DNA of 64,000 bases from Octopus vulgaris (Eukaryota): contig OX597817.1 in NCBI GenBank assembly GCA_951406725.2, positions 63,860,001-63,924,000 of the forward strand, in the 5' to 3' direction. The notes beneath the pieces were generated by a model that worked only from the letters and a program-made list of their open reading frames with translations, made no database searches and was not told the origin of the DNA. Shown in pieces: positions 28,351-43,056 of the stretch; position 1 is the first letter of the stretch, and each line of letters begins with the position of its first letter. A program made the translations under genes and the position numbers.

Positions 28351-29924
28351 TACATACATATACACATACACAGATATGTATATAAAAAAGATTACTCAGA
28401 AACTACAAGCAATTTTCAAATTGAAGGGCCCAAGATTTGACTAAACTTCGAGACTTATTATAATTCTCATTAAAATTGAATAATTGGTTACAGATGGCAC
28501 AATGTTTTACTCTAAACGAGTTATTCAAGCGCTCAAAGTGTTCGCTTAAAGCGAAACATATGACCGTTTGTAACGAAATATTTCAATTTAATGTAATGCA
28601 TGTGTGTATACATACGCACACACACATGCTTATATCTATACTTCATTAATTTACATGTCAGTTTACCAGCCAATGTTGCAGCCTCTGTAAGGTCGGCGTA
28701 TCAGTTAGAAATAGCAGACAATCCCTCACCTCAAATCACACCCTACTGTCATTGATAATGAAGGACACATTGAATGAATGGTTCCTAACCGATGTGCTGT
28801 GGTACACGTGCATGGTGCTGCACGAACATAAAATTATATTTAAAAAATGTGATAAGTGCAAACTGCAATTCTGAATTTTAAAAAGTCTTGGTAACTGTGA
28901 TTCATTTATCAAATAAATAAGTACTTAATAATTTGCAATAGTTTAAATTATAATCATACTTCGCGTTACAGAGGCATTCCATTCCTGAAAACCTTATGTC
29001 ATAGATTCCATAACGGGAAACCTATTTTCTCATTGAAGTTTTTATAAATTGTGATACTTTTCGACGGAATATTTTTTCGATAAAAGATACAACCACATTC
29101 ATGCGTGAAAATAACAGTTTTTATATATACAGAGCAGAGTGTGTGAAGACAATTAAATGATGAAACAATTAAGAATACAATAACATCATAGAAGGGAACC
29201 TGCTCGTCACAAAAGGTGCTGGTTTTGCTAAGTGGTTTTGTTACTTCAGATGTAAGAATGAAAACGAGAAAATGAAAGAGATAGAGGGCTAGTGTAGGCA
29301 GCTGAAAGTTGGATGATGTAAGAGGAAGATGTACGATTAAAATTAATGTCAAGACTCATCTCAGTTGAAATTGGACACGCACAAAATAGAACGCAAAGAA
29401 GGAAGTGCTTATGTGTGTACAAAGATGTTGAAAATAATTTTTTTAAATGTGAAGGGAAATGTTGGAATCGTTAGATATTAGTAAAAATGTTGAGAGCAAT
29501 GAAAAATAAAAAGAGAAGATCGTAGGAGAAAAAAAATTGATTACATATAAAGAATTTAATTGGTAGACTGTAAACAGCTAAAATGTGCAGAAAATGACGA
29601 CAAAAGCAACCGGAAGTATTAAGCCATCACACCGAGTTCCTCTTATTTCCCTACAAATTACTTTTTACATAGATGTGTCATGATTTTGGTTTTTAAAATT
29701 GACAAAATTTATCCGAGTTTCCATAAGTGCAGAATTGCATTCCATATCCCAAAATTAATGGTCAATTTAAAGAATTTCCTATCATGCGGATTCCTGTTAT
29801 TAAAATTTCCAAAATGTATTATGTTTCAGAGTTGGAGAAATGGTTGTTTGTTGAAAGTCAATCAACTATGTTGCGAAAGGTTCGTTTTAATCATTTAAGA
29901 ACACATTAAGAAAGACATTATAAT

Positions 29925-30321
29925 CCTTTCTACTGTAGGCAAAAGGCCTGAAATTTTGGAGGAGAGTGTAAGTCGATTTCATCGACCCCAGTACTTGACT
30001 GGTACTTCATCGATCGAGCCTGAAAAGATAAAAGGCAAAGTCGACCTCGGTGGAATTTGAACTCAGAATGTAGCGGCAGATGAAATACCTATTTCTTTAC
30101 TACCCACAAGGGGTTACACTCAGAGGGGACAAACAAGGACAGACAAACGGATTAAGTCCATTACATCAACCCCAGTGCGTAATTGATACTTAATTTATCG
30201 ACCCCGAAAGGCTGAAAGGCAAAGTCGACCTCGGCGGAATTTCAACTCAGAACGTAACGGCAGACGAAATACGGCTACGTATTTCGCCCGGCGTACTAAC
30301 GTTTCTGCCATCTCGCCGCCT
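29925..30321 (-). mobile_element. Dimeric SINE family A with TSD
   Basis: Same dimer architecture as 18743-19127. TSD ttaagaaagacatt(a/g)taat at 29906 and 30322. Confidence 0.9.
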
Positions 30322-32104
30322 TTAAGAAAGACATTGTAATGACACCCAATAATAGACAGTCATAATAGGAATTTTATAACAGGCAGTTACAATAACTATT
30401 ATTATGAAAAACAATCGATAAGGGAATGTGATAGTTTTTGTGAGTTCTTTAATATCTAAAAATGACCATTTTACGAACCTAATTGTCAACATGTCTATAT
30501 TCATAGGCTCACATGTACAAATCTCATTTTTAGATACTTTTGTTTTTCTATTTTATGCCCACTGCTCCTAAACAAGGTTTTGGTTCAATGCAGTTCCTGG
30601 TATACAAACAGGAAGATTGAATAATACCGTATGTCTGACTAAAGAATGAAATAATAACCGTAAGATATGAGATAATAACTGAAATTACAACGATTCAATG
30701 AATGCTGATTTAATGTTGAATAGCCACAAAACATGTCAGTTTATATTTTTACAAATTAAGTTAAGGTAATTAGAATTTATAAAGATATATATTAAAAATC
30801 CTAAAGTGTTTTTAAGCAGTCACGCGTAGATGTCCATATTTTTCGCCATCTTAACCAGCACAAACTCAGAAGTCGTATGACTTACTTCTATTTCTCTCCT
30901 TATTTCTAGATTGAAGTCTTCAAGAGTCACAACTAAGGCTTTGTGCTTGTCTTTTTAAGCCAAATTTTTATTCATTTATTGGTTTCAGTCTTTGGACTGT
31001 GGTCATACGCAGGATACTTCAAAGGTTTTAGTTTTATTCTATTATCGTAATTCCATCCAATCTATGGTGCATTACGGGTGTATAAACCATCCCATTTACT
31101 CAACTGGTACTGTATTTTATCGACAGAATGAAAAAAGGATGTTGACCTCTGAAGGACTTGAACTCCGAATGTAAAGAGCCGTTACTAGATACCGCAAGGT
31201 ATCTAATTACTGTACAAACCCCAATCATATTTATTTCAATCAGTTCTATACCGAATCATAACTCCAGTTTACAGGTGTAAACATAAACACAAAACACAGG
31301 ATAGACACATACACACGCAGGCACACACGCACACGCACGCACACAGTAAAAAGTGCTCAATACATATATTAGTATGCATGTATTAAAGGCATCAAACGAA
31401 GTACATATACGACAGCCTTTGCTTTGTTTCCATCTACCCAGTTCTACTTACTATGTATGATCATCATGAGATCATAATACTAACCACTTTCCCAAGGTGC
31501 CATGAATGTGATTGTGAAGCGAACATCTTAACTACGCGGCTATGCCTTGTGCACATTTCTGGCAGACAGTTTGATGTAACATAGTTGAACGTTTTCTACA
31601 TAAGCAAAACAACAAAGGTGGTCCTAGCTTCATACAATATACTGAAACTAATTCTCTTGTTCCTCTTTCTGCTGTTCCTCTTTCTCCAAAACAGTGATTG
31701 TTTTTATTTATTTATTTTTTCCCTCGTGTGTTTTTTCCTCTGCTTGTTTCTCTTTTAGCTTTTATTTGTCATGCACGATTTTTTTTTTTTTGTTATTTAC
31801 TTTTCGTTTCTCCTCCAGGTGTAAATATAATAGTACGTCTTTTAGATGGTTTTTGGATCGTGTGATAACAGCTAAACTGAAAGATGAACGACAAAATGCC
31901 TAATCTCTCTCACTCTCTGTATCTCTTTCCTCTTCTCCTTCCTTCCCATTCTCTACTTCCCTTTCTTTTCACTCTCTCTCCCTTCTTCCTTTCTCACGCT
32001 CTCTCTCTCCGCCTCTTCTTCCTTACACGTGCATGCATCTACAAATTTTTTAACTATTATTCTCTCTTTTGTGTCTACGTGCTCCTAGCAGCTGGAACGC
32101 ATCT

Positions 32105-32446
32105 CATATATATATATATACATATGTGATGCGTTCCAGCTATATGTGTGCATGTGTATGTGTGTGTGTGTGAATGTGTGTGTGTGCGCGTGTGTGTCTG
32201 TGTGTCTATACAAACATATATACATATACACACATATATATACATGCATATATATATTTATATGCATAAATATACAGATGTATGCACACACGTGTATATA
32301 TTTACATGTATGCATATATATTCACATACACATATATATACACACATATATATATAAATATATATATATAAATATATATATATGAATATACATATATAAA
32401 TATATCTGTGTGTGTATATATATGTATGTATATGTATGTATGTATG

Positions 32447-32483
<37 letters not shown>

Positions 32484-32648
32484 ATATATGTGTGTGTATA
32501 TAAATATATTTATACATATATACATGTATATATATATATAGATATATATATATATATATATGCATGTATATAAAAATATATATATGTGTTTAATAAATAT
32601 ATATATACATATGTATGTAAATATATATATGTATATAAATATATAAAA
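32105..32648. repeat. Long degenerate alternating purine-pyrimidine (TA/TG/CA) tract
   Basis: Direct inspection. Confidence 0.95.
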
Positions 32649-33479
32649 TTAAGGAGGAGAGAAGACAAATTCCAAGGTTGATATATAATATTAATTCAAT
32701 CCATATTAACGAAATTCTCCATGGTATACAAAATACATACATCTATATGATATATAATAAATTTTAAGAATTTATAAATACATGCATATACATGAAAATC
32801 TATAAATATATAAAAATTCAAAGACGCATAAAAGTTTATAAACAAATAAAAATTTATAAAAATATAAGTCGATAAATATCCGAATGTTCGAATTTGAATC
32901 AATGAAGAGAAGGATAAAGCGAATGTAAAATAATTCATAAGGAATCTGAAACACGTATAAAATCTATGTATAAAGTCTTACGCCCGTTTCGAAAAGATAT
33001 AGGTTGTTATGGGTGAGCTAACTCCAACCATAGCAGCCGGAAACGACCGCTAAAGCCCCCCGCAGCATCGCGGTGGCCGCCGCCTTCACGCCGCCGTCCG
33101 TTCCCAAACGGCGGTGCATCAGCATGGCCGCAGCTCTGAGCGGAAACTAGAGAGAAAAAAATGTTTGTGTGCACATATTGTTCAGTATTCAGTGAGAGTC
33201 TCTATTTCAATTTAGTTCCATTTTTTTTTTTTAATGCAATAGGCACTATATTTCAGGGTATTGTAGGTTAGTAACAGTACAGTTTGGTTATCAGATCATA
33301 TTGAAATGATGCGTTAAATGTTTTTGACATGCTTTTTAATTCTACTTACGTCACCTTATTAACTTAAATGAGAATTTAGAGCCACGTGATATATTTGAAA
33401 AAATCCTAGTCTCTGTGATATAGGAGACATCTATTAAGGAAAGACTTTCTCTCTGATTCCACTTAATGCAAAATTTTAC

Positions 33480-33850
33480 GAGAGAAGAGATAGAAGAGTG
33501 TGGTGTTAGAGCTGTTAGATTTAAAAAGAAGTGTGTACGACGTGCTTCCTATGCAGTCATACTTGAATCAAAGAGCTGAGTGAAATGTATAAAATTGGTT
33601 TGGCAATTTGAAATTTGAAAATGAAACATTAGAGTAAAGGATAGAGTTCTTTAGTGCAGCAGTATTTGTAACGAAGAGCATCAAGTAATCATATGATTGA
33701 TGGGTGCTTTGGAGAAAGAAATAATATGGGTAAGAAGTATCACGTAACAGACGATCGTATAAAGTGAATTTGAGTAACGGTAGCAAATTCATAGAGCAAA
33801 GCTCATTATACAAGAAGTGTTAGAACTGCAAGCAAGAAGACACAGTACGA
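33480..33850 (-). mobile_element. Possible very old CR1/L2-type LINE 3' remnant
   Basis: Minus-strand LYNELCS...LFVTNTAALKNS resembles the CR1-group C-terminal pattern. Weak. Confidence 0.3.
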
Positions 33851-33914
33851 CATTGGGTTAAAAATTTATCAATTTTCGTGAGACTTTTTCTTTTTTTCTT
33901 GCATACGATCCAGG

Positions 33915-34112
33915 GTAGTCTTGTTACGTTGTTTGGCCCTATTTAAACAGATTTATGATCAAAGATGTTCCAGTCATAGATATCCCTATCCCATCTTTTT
34001 TTATTTTATTCTTCATACGTTGTGTGCCACCGTAACATTTCCAAAGTGTTCTTTTTTTAAGACGGTAGGGTGCGATCTGAAGGAGAAATGGCTGCACTTT
34101 CTAACAGTTCGC
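33915..34112 (+). repeat. Interspersed repeat family (also 28684-28770 minus and 60180-60420 plus)
   Basis: The block ggtagggtgygatytgarggaga..tggctgc..tttctarcag recurs at three loci. Confidence 0.6.
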
Positions 34113-37003
34113 TGAAAGAGTAGAAGCTTTTTTGTTGCTATTAACTGAAAGAGGAGAATAATTACAGACAGGAGAAAGTATTCAATATCGTGATGAGTCT
34201 AATCCAACAGTTGTTTTAGAGTTCATTATGTTCTGTGGTTTCAAATGGAGATAACATGTGCATAAGAAAGTAGATATTTTTAGCTGACTGTTGTTCATGA
34301 AATCTGGCAGTGTAGTGGTGTTTGTTTTTCCCGCGGGTAAGTGACTTTAGTATGTTGTGAGTTTAAGCATTAGAGATCATTTGAATATGTGATGAAAATC
34401 TTTATTGCTGAAAGACGTGCTGGTCTAAGAGAAGTTATTGTTAGTTTTGCACAAGCCTTCGGGGAAGTCAATGTGAGTTGTGACTAAGAGTCGGAGAGCG
34501 ACAGTAATTATCAAATATATATTCAAATATCTGTACAGTAAAATCAAATTGAAGAAAGCATCAGTAGCATTGCTTTTTGAAACATAAAATGGATATTATA
34601 GTGAAAACCAGAACAAAAAACAAAACGCTCAGAATTTTTCTAAAATGAAATATGATTCAGTTTTAATTAGATAGTGACTATGATGCTTTCAGGCTCCTTT
34701 AGATTAGTGAGATTTATGCGGATTATATTCAGCATGAACTGTAGGTCGATACATGAATAAAAAGTATTTTCAGGATCTTTGTGTCTGGTGAATGGAAGAA
34801 AATTATCCTTAAACTAGAGATCTGTCTAAATGCTTGCAACAGACTGAAATCTGCTAAAGCACCCAGCAACCAAGTTTTGATGTTAACCCGGTTAACCTAT
34901 TAGGTCTAATTATTCCCATCCCTCAAATATTAAAAATACAAAGGAAAATAAAGAGCCAAAACAAATACCAACAATCTATAAAATCCGCTCATTCACTACT
35001 TTGGGTTGCTTTACTGTTAAGAAAATAATTCCAGGGAATTGTAGTTTCTGCGAGAAAAGAACTAGGTTACATGCTTAGTACGAGGTATGGAATATGAACA
35101 CAGAATGGGAGATGAGGAGAAATATGTGGGATGAAGAGAAAGGTTTGGGATAATGAGTAAGGTGCGGGATGAATCAGCTTGGAGAAAAGTGTGTAGAGTT
35201 TAGTCTGGAGAAGTAATGGAAGCTATTGCAGAAGTGACAGAAGAAGGAAAGAGAAATGCATCGGTGTGCTAATGATTATAGTCCGCTAGGAAAGGAATCT
35301 TTACTAATTAGTGGAAAAGTATAGTATGAAAACCGCAACAGTCACACCGTCCTGTGGATCCAACCAGTACACTAATAGAGGTCTTTGTTGGGTTTTGTAG
35401 AGAGTAGCAACTGAGCATGGCAAACATATTCAACTAATTGCAATGTCTAATTATTCCCATCCCTCACCGATGCTGTATGTGCAGTGTTACTATGAGAGAT
35501 CGTCAGAAACTTTGCATTAAGATTGCGCAAGCGTTAAATAAAAGCATAGAACGTATAAATTTCGTTTGGGTTTATTTGTCGGTTATTTCATTTGCAATCC
35601 CCCGGGGAAATTCTAGATTATCAATGTTACTGAAATGTACACATATAAAAAGAATTCTGTTGCGCAGTCAAATTATGCATCGTGTGGAAGAGAAAAGAAT
35701 TAACGCAGCGGACAGCTAGATAAAAGACAGTAATTTTTAGCATGTGCAATGATAAAGTCAAAATATGATACGCTTCCACCATTCGCCTGTATAGAAAATA
35801 TGTGTTGTTATCAATTATTGTTAAAATAAACAACGTCTTAGAGAAATTTAACTAATAACATCCAAACTAGTATCTTAGAAAAACATCGAAATATGAAACA
35901 GTCCAGAACTGAATTTTGAGTAAATAAGAAGCATTTCAGAAACTTTTACACCATCCTCATAAATACTGTAAAAACATTTATCTAAAATCTAACGGATTAC
36001 GAGAGGTATTGAATACTATATAAACTAATACTAAACTTTTCTTCTCCACTTTTAGCCTTAAAAGATGTTTAAATATAATTGTAGAGGCCGGTTTTTAAGC
36101 GATTTTGCAGTCTTATTGAAGACATGACTACCTGCGTATTTAGTTTGTCTTTTGTCCAGGTTTTTTTTTCACTTTTTTCTTTTGTATTAATTTCAAAATT
36201 GTAGCACTATAAACAATTGAATAACAGACGGCCGTGTGTTCATCTCTATAGGTTTCTGAAGTCTGAAGGAAGATAATCCTTATTTTATACGTGTTAAATG
36301 GCGATGGGTGACACAGAAGGTAGATTGCCTAACTATATCGCGGTACTTAATTACAGCCACGAACCTTATGAATTTAAAATTCGCTAGAATTTAGGTTTGT
36401 ATTCGGTTCTTCCAGGATCGATAAATTAGAATTATATATTCGATTGATTCTATTAACTCTGTTTCCCTTATAAATCTGTAATATTATACCAAAGTGAGAA
36501 TTTAATATTGGTGGGTAGATTGGCAGAACAAACAAAAAGTGTGCAGTGTTTACCGATGGTCATTTATGTTCCTAATTCAAATCTGGCCGCAGTTAACTTT
36601 GCCTTCCATAAACTTCGCATTGCTTCATATTCCTACAAATTCGTTCTGCTTATGTAGAATCTACACAGAATATGTGCAAAGTTATGTGTGTATATATGTG
36701 TTTCTTTGAGATTTATTTCAGCTCTACATAAACTCCTGGCCGCTATCAACGTGAAAAATATTCATTGAGCTACGTAGTTCCAGGAGTTTATAAATACGTG
36801 GTTGAGTTAGTGGTTGCATTTCTATAAGTTTATGCTCCTCCGGCATTTATGATCAGTATCCAACAGAACTCTTTAATACTTAGGGATTTGTGGTGTGCGT
36901 GAATACGCATGATTACTTTTTTACATATGTGGCTTTGTAGATGCATACAATCATGTGTGCGTATATTTCATTTAAAGAATCTCGGTGTATATATCTCTGT
37001 GTG

Positions 37004-37106
<103 letters not shown>

Positions 37107-37172
37107 CAACATTCAACATATGTCAACAAAATCGGTACGGCGTCGAACAAAGTACCATGCAAATCACGTTGT

Positions 37173-37505
<333 letters not shown>

Positions 37506-37614
37506 CTTTGTCTTTTAATTTTCTAGGGTTAATTAAATAAAGTACCAGTGAAGCAGAAGAATTCAATAAATCGACCAAAGCCTGCTTATCAAATTTGTGG
37601 CCTTGTGCCTATGT

Positions 37615-38416
37615 TAGAGGATAACCTGATATCTGTGATGTTTTCTATTCCATGTACTTCTCGAGATTTTTCCTCACTGTTCCCAGGACTCTGACAATTA
37701 TTGGTACTACTGCCACCTTTTTCATCGACCAAAACTGCTTGACATCCCAAGCTAACCTGTCATATCTCTCCACTTTTCTTTCTTATCGCATACCTTGTTG
37801 TCAGCTGGGCATGATCCAGCATAGTTTGTTTTCTTTCTCAATTAAGACTATGTCTGGCTTCCTATTCTCTATCTCATGGTTGCACTGAATCATAAAATCT
37901 CATAGGATCTTTGCATTTCTATTTTCGACGATGCCTTCAGGTTTGTGATCGTACCAACTTTTTACTCTGTCAAGTCCATACTTGTTGCAAAGTGTCCAAT
38001 GGACAAACCTGGCTATATTTTCGTAGCGTCTCTTATATTCCTTCTGGGGTAGTGGCGTACATTGGCTGGTAATATGCCATACGGTTTCACCATTTTGTCC
38101 ACAGATTCTGCACTTATCCCTTTCTGCTGTGTTGTCTGTTCTGTATTTTATGTAGTTTGGTCTTAGTGCTTGCTCTTGGGCAGCACAGATTAGAGCCTCC
38201 GTTTCCGGTTTTAAATCACTTTTAGTCATCCACAGCCATCTTTTTCTTTGCCTGTCTTATCTTCAACATCCCTATGAAATTGACCATGCATTTTTTCTTT
38301 ACCCACCTATTTTCAGTTTAATTCGTTTTCAATTTCTTGTATAGTGCTTTATCTTTGCAATCTTTCATCATACACAAGCCTGACCTTACTTCTAATAATA
38401 GCGGTTCTGTGGCATT
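37615..38416 (-). mobile_element. R4/Dong-like RLE non-LTR retrotransposon fragment abutting (TAA)n
   Basis: LKPETEALICAAQEQAL, CRICGQNGETVWHITSQC, WYDHKPEGIVEN, NRKPDIVLIEK and VVPIIV. The 5' junction is at (TTA)n 38417-38432. Confidence 0.9.
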
Positions 38417-40743
38417 TATTATTATTATTATTCAAATCCCGCAGGGGTAACCTCTAAACAAGGTCAGCTTTATAAATATTTATTTTTTACATATATCCAT
38501 TTTACCGTCTAACGCTGAGACAAAAATTACTTCCTTTTCGAAATAGCCCCCTTAGAAAGATGGCTTTGAACTAAACAAAATAACTAACTACAAAAGTAAA
38601 ATAAAATGTAAAGCAAGTATTAATCAACACACTGCCAAACCGCAGAAAATGAGAAAAATAACAACATTCCAACAGAAAAACAAATTACATACAAGCTTGA
38701 CAAAAACAAAAACAACTACAACAACAGTAAACATGCAGGTATTTCAGATCAAAATAACAATAACAAAAACGCTATCTTTTGCGCTATATTCTTTTGACCA
38801 AAAAAAAAGTGTTAAATATGAAACATGTGGCTGAAAGATCTAAAAGCTTGGCATAATTTTGTTCACGAGACAAGCGCCAGCCTGCTACAATACTTTACAG
38901 ATGTGTGCAAAGGAATGCAATCTGCGTTGCCAAGGCCACTGGTACGTTCCATTCAAATAAGAGATGGAGACAACTCCTATCAGGTGCTTTACGTGGAATG
39001 TCCTTCATTAGGAGAGAGCGAGTGTATGGCACTAAATATATCATCTTTAAAACAGCAAACGGGATTAAAGTGCGCCCCCAAATTGTATGTGACACAGCTG
39101 CTTAGAGGTTTGTTCTGCAGTATTTGCAAAGGAGGAACACAAGGATTACTATAAGGGACATCAGTGATAATGTTGATCCCTGGTCAGTAGTCACCTTTAG
39201 GGTACAATACGAGCAAATAGTTAGTATTGGTGTAAGTTTCAGCGACATGTAGTTGGGTTGGATCCCGATAAACATACAAATACCCATGACTCCACAAGAC
39301 GACAAAATAATGCAAGAATTATGTCCTGTTGAAAATGCTGATAGGAAGACCATAAAACTAAACCTCTAAGGTTGAAAGACCTGTTGAAAGAAATAGAGAA
39401 GCTATTTAAGGGATTTGTGCCTAGAAAACCTAAAAGATCAAAACAAGAAATCATGGAATTCCCAAGGCCAAGGAACAACTCAAGAGTCATCAGAAGAAAT
39501 TTTTCTCTCTATTAATAATCGCTGAGACCCAAAAGTCTCTTCTCTCAGCCTCAATTGGCAGAAACAGTGAGAACTTTTCACAGTAGCGCCAGCAGCAGCC
39601 GTTCAAGAATTTGGACCTGAAGATCTCCATTTCCAGCGACTTCGAGGGCCATCTCCCAGTGGTGTCGGGCGTCAACGAAGAGCCCTCGACTACAACAAGA
39701 CGACCAAAGTATTTTTTTTCCAAGGTCTGGGATCTCCCGCCCCTAAGCCCTAGACCATCACTTAATCACCCTTACCCGTCTTGTTGCTTAACAACAACAA
39801 CAACAGCAACCCCAGCAGCAAGAACGAATACAAAATCATCAAGAAGCTCCGCTTCTCAGTCATACTGTGGGGAACAAACGGATGCTTGTTCGAAGAACGA
39901 CAAAAGACCCAACGAAACCAACTGGAAAAGGCAATAAATGAGTGCGAAGAAGGTTGGATCTCAGATTATGAGGAAACACTTTTCTATGCAGAGACAATCT
40001 TGTGTGATAAAAAAAAAAGAGCCTGCCTTTCGTGAAGAGGAGCCAGTCTCGTGTGAAAATTAGACCCTCTCAAACTGAGGAGGAATCCATTTCTTGCCCG
40101 AAAAAAAGGGTTTTCACAACCACTCCATAGACTAATGAAAATATTACAGAGCACATATAGAACAGCAAGAGAACAATTCAGACGAAGATAAAAAATAGAG
40201 TCAAAATAGAAAAAAAAACAATGAAACCAGAGATTGCTAGTATAATTTTCTACAACATATTATACATTTTTATTTCCCGACTATCACAAGACTATCACTC
40301 TAACCAAGGAGCTCCTCACAGCGGATTCTAGGGTCACTAATATTAAGCAGTAAATGGAGGACATTCAGAAAATATGTAAAGAAAAGACATAATCAGTGCA
40401 GTATGGTAATTTGATCAACACAAGTAAACATTTGAAATTTTACATACATGCATGTATGTATGTATGTATGTATGTATGTATGTATGTATGTATGTATGTA
40501 TGTATGTATGTATGTATGTATGTATGTTTGTTTGTATGTAAGTATGGGAATCTATGTATGATTTTATTCATTGTTTTGTTATGTTTCGAGTAATTATTTG
40601 TGTGTATGTGTGTGCGTGTTTATCTATACTATAATGGAGAAAGCTGCTTATTAATTAGATTAGGTATGTAACAAATACTAAAAGTACTAAAAGAAAGCAA
40701 TATTAAAAACTTGACTATCTGGAAATATTTTTATAAATTCATG

Positions 40744-41010
40744 TTCTAAGAAATTGCCTATAATTTCGATTTCTGAAGTTTATTAAATTTTTTTAACTCC
40801 AAATTCTCGCAAATTTAAATATTCATTGCATTCACTGCGGAATAGATTTTAATGTTTATTAATAAAAACTATTTTTTCGTATTCTAAGAAATTGCCTATA
40901 ATTTCGATTTCTGAAGTTTATTAAATTTTTTTAACTCCAAATTCTCGCAAATTTAAATATTCATTGCATTCACTGCGGAATAGATTTTAATGTTTAATAA
41001 TAAAAACTAT
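40744..41010 (+). repeat. Tandem direct duplication, period about 138 bp
   Basis: ttctaagaaattgcctataatttcg...aataaaaactat occurs at 40744 and 40882, nearly identical. Confidence 0.92.
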
Positions 41011-41097
41011 TAATTCGTTGCAGGAAACATTTTACGTTTCCAATTGCAACAATCTCTCATTCTCGCTCGCCTCTATTTTCATTAATGATAATTTAAT

Positions 41098-41350
41098 AAT
41101 AGCTATATAACTTTGATACGAGACACAATTTCAAGAATATTATCACTTTCCAGAGTTTGTTAAATGAATATTTTTGATAGAATGAAAATTCTTTAATATA
41201 ACCTGTATAATTTTTAAGTGATTTTGTGTTGAATGAATGCATCTATTACACAAAATAGCTGTATAACTTTGATACTTGGCACAATTTCCAGAATATTATC
41301 AGTTTCCGGAGTTTGTTAAATATTTTTGATAAAATGAAAATTCTTTAATG
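41098..41350 (+). repeat. Diverged direct duplication, period about 157 bp
   Basis: aatagct(a/g)tataactttgatac...gaaaattctttaat occurs at 41098 and 41255. Confidence 0.85.
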
Positions 41351-42024
41351 TACTGATATGATTTTCTTTTTAAAGGAAGAGGTGATTTTGTTGGTATGGC
41401 TACTTGGAACGTTACAAGCCTTACAATAATAACTGTGATCGCTGCTATTTCTAGCACGCTAAACAAAATAGTTTTTAACGAACTTTCGTTTACATATAAT
41501 GTGCGACTGGAAAAGAAAAGGGAGCAAAAGCACAACGGCAGAGAGAAAGACGAGCAACTGAATCAGGGCAAAGCGACTGAAACAGATGCCTGAATATTCA
41601 CGGAGACGTAGACATGATTCTGTTTCCGCTACACATGACCGACAGGTTAGGGTATCTCGAGAGGAGAATATTCCACTTCAAAATAATGGTATCAGATCAC
41701 AAATTGTTGATGCAACACTAAAGAGATCTTTTCTTTGGGATCGTGTGGAAGTAGTGGAGTTGACAACCAATCTAAGACTTCTTACAGAAGGTCATTCTGA
41801 TGAAAGAGAGTTTGTTAATTACGTTCTTGATGTAGGAAATGGTAACATTTCTGTTGAACAAAGCCTAGGTGAATTCAAAATCAAACTACCCAATGACCAT
41901 TGCCTTGAAAGTAATACTCTTTCAGATCTATGTGATTTTGTATATGCTGATCTCAAAAATAACTTCTCAAACCCTGCGTGGTTTGCAAATAGAACAATCG
42001 TTAGAACAAAGTGACTGAGCAATC

Positions 42025-42250
42025 CACAGATACGCGTACCCCTAACGTAATCAGGGAGATTCAGCGTGACACAGAGTGTGACAAGGCCGGTCCTTTGAAG
42101 TACAGGTACAACTCATTTTTGCCAGCTGAGTGAACTGGAGCAACGTGAAATAAAGTGTCTTGCTCAAGGACACAACGCGTCGCCAGGAATCGAGCACACG
42201 GCCTTACAATCGTGAGCCGAATGCCCTAAACACTAAGCCAAGTGCCTTCC
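42025..42250 (-). mobile_element. SINE family B variant truncating the Helitron helicase fragment
   Basis: ctcatttttgccagctgagtgaactggagcaacgtgaaataaagtgtcttgctcaagg..cactaagcca. Confidence 0.8.
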
Positions 42251-42635
42251 CGTTGCTAAAAATAAAGTATCAATTTGCACGTTAATCATTAGAAATCCAC
42301 CTCAAAATATTCTGCATACAAACAGTTCAAAGGTCATTTTAAATCTTCGTTCTGTCACTTTACTTCACTTTAAACTATTTCTGCGGTGTTGACTCTTCAA
42401 AGATCTATATTCTTCTTCATTGGTCTGATAACACACTCGCACATAACTTCTTTCTGCTCAAAGATAACATCACATAGCTGTGTGGCTATAGAGATTGGTT
42501 TGCAACCACGTGGTTTCATGTTGGGTCCACTCCATGAGATTTTAGAGTTTCTTCTCCTAGTGCCTCGGGTTGACCAAAACCCTGTGGGTAGAGTTTGGTT
42601 GATGGAAACTATGCGTAGCCCATCGCATATATATA

Positions 42636-42831
42636 TAGTTCAAATTTACAGAAAGCAAAAGACAAAGACATGTGTAGGAAACACAAGCAGGTGTATTAGT
42701 TTAACGCTCGAGAAGAATGGAAAAGTCTTTCACGTTCGAGCCTATGCTGTTCGACAGAAAGGATTAAGAGGGGAAAAAAGGGGAGAGAATGTGTAAGGAT
42801 TAACGGTTCAACATACATACATAGATACACA

Positions 42832-42876
<45 letters not shown>

Positions 42877-43056
42877 AGATATAGATATATATATATTTCT
42901 CTCCTTTTTTTTTTTACTGTGTCCCTTTCTGTAGAAAAGCGTAGGCTCGAAACGTAAAAGACTTTTTCTATTCCTGAGTGTTATACTAATACATTTGTTT
43001 GTTTTGTACACCGCCTGTCTTCGTCTTTTGTTTTTGGTTTTTTTTTCGTAAACTCT

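Larger units (their letters stand above)
40623..42014 (+). mobile_element. Internally deleted Helitron (5' TC end, charged N-terminal segment, PIF1 helicase fragment)
   Basis: Starts A|TCTATACTATAAT. ORF 41586-42014 contains RSQIVDATLKRSFLW..LTTNLRL..FVNYVLDVGNG..LCDFVY..WFANRTI, the Helitron PIF1 pattern. The 3' hairpin/CTAG end was not found. Confidence 0.75.

Noticed and set aside
40744-41350. CRISPR-like or satellite array
   Set aside because: Only two units each, with no repeat-spacer pattern; eukaryotic transposon context.
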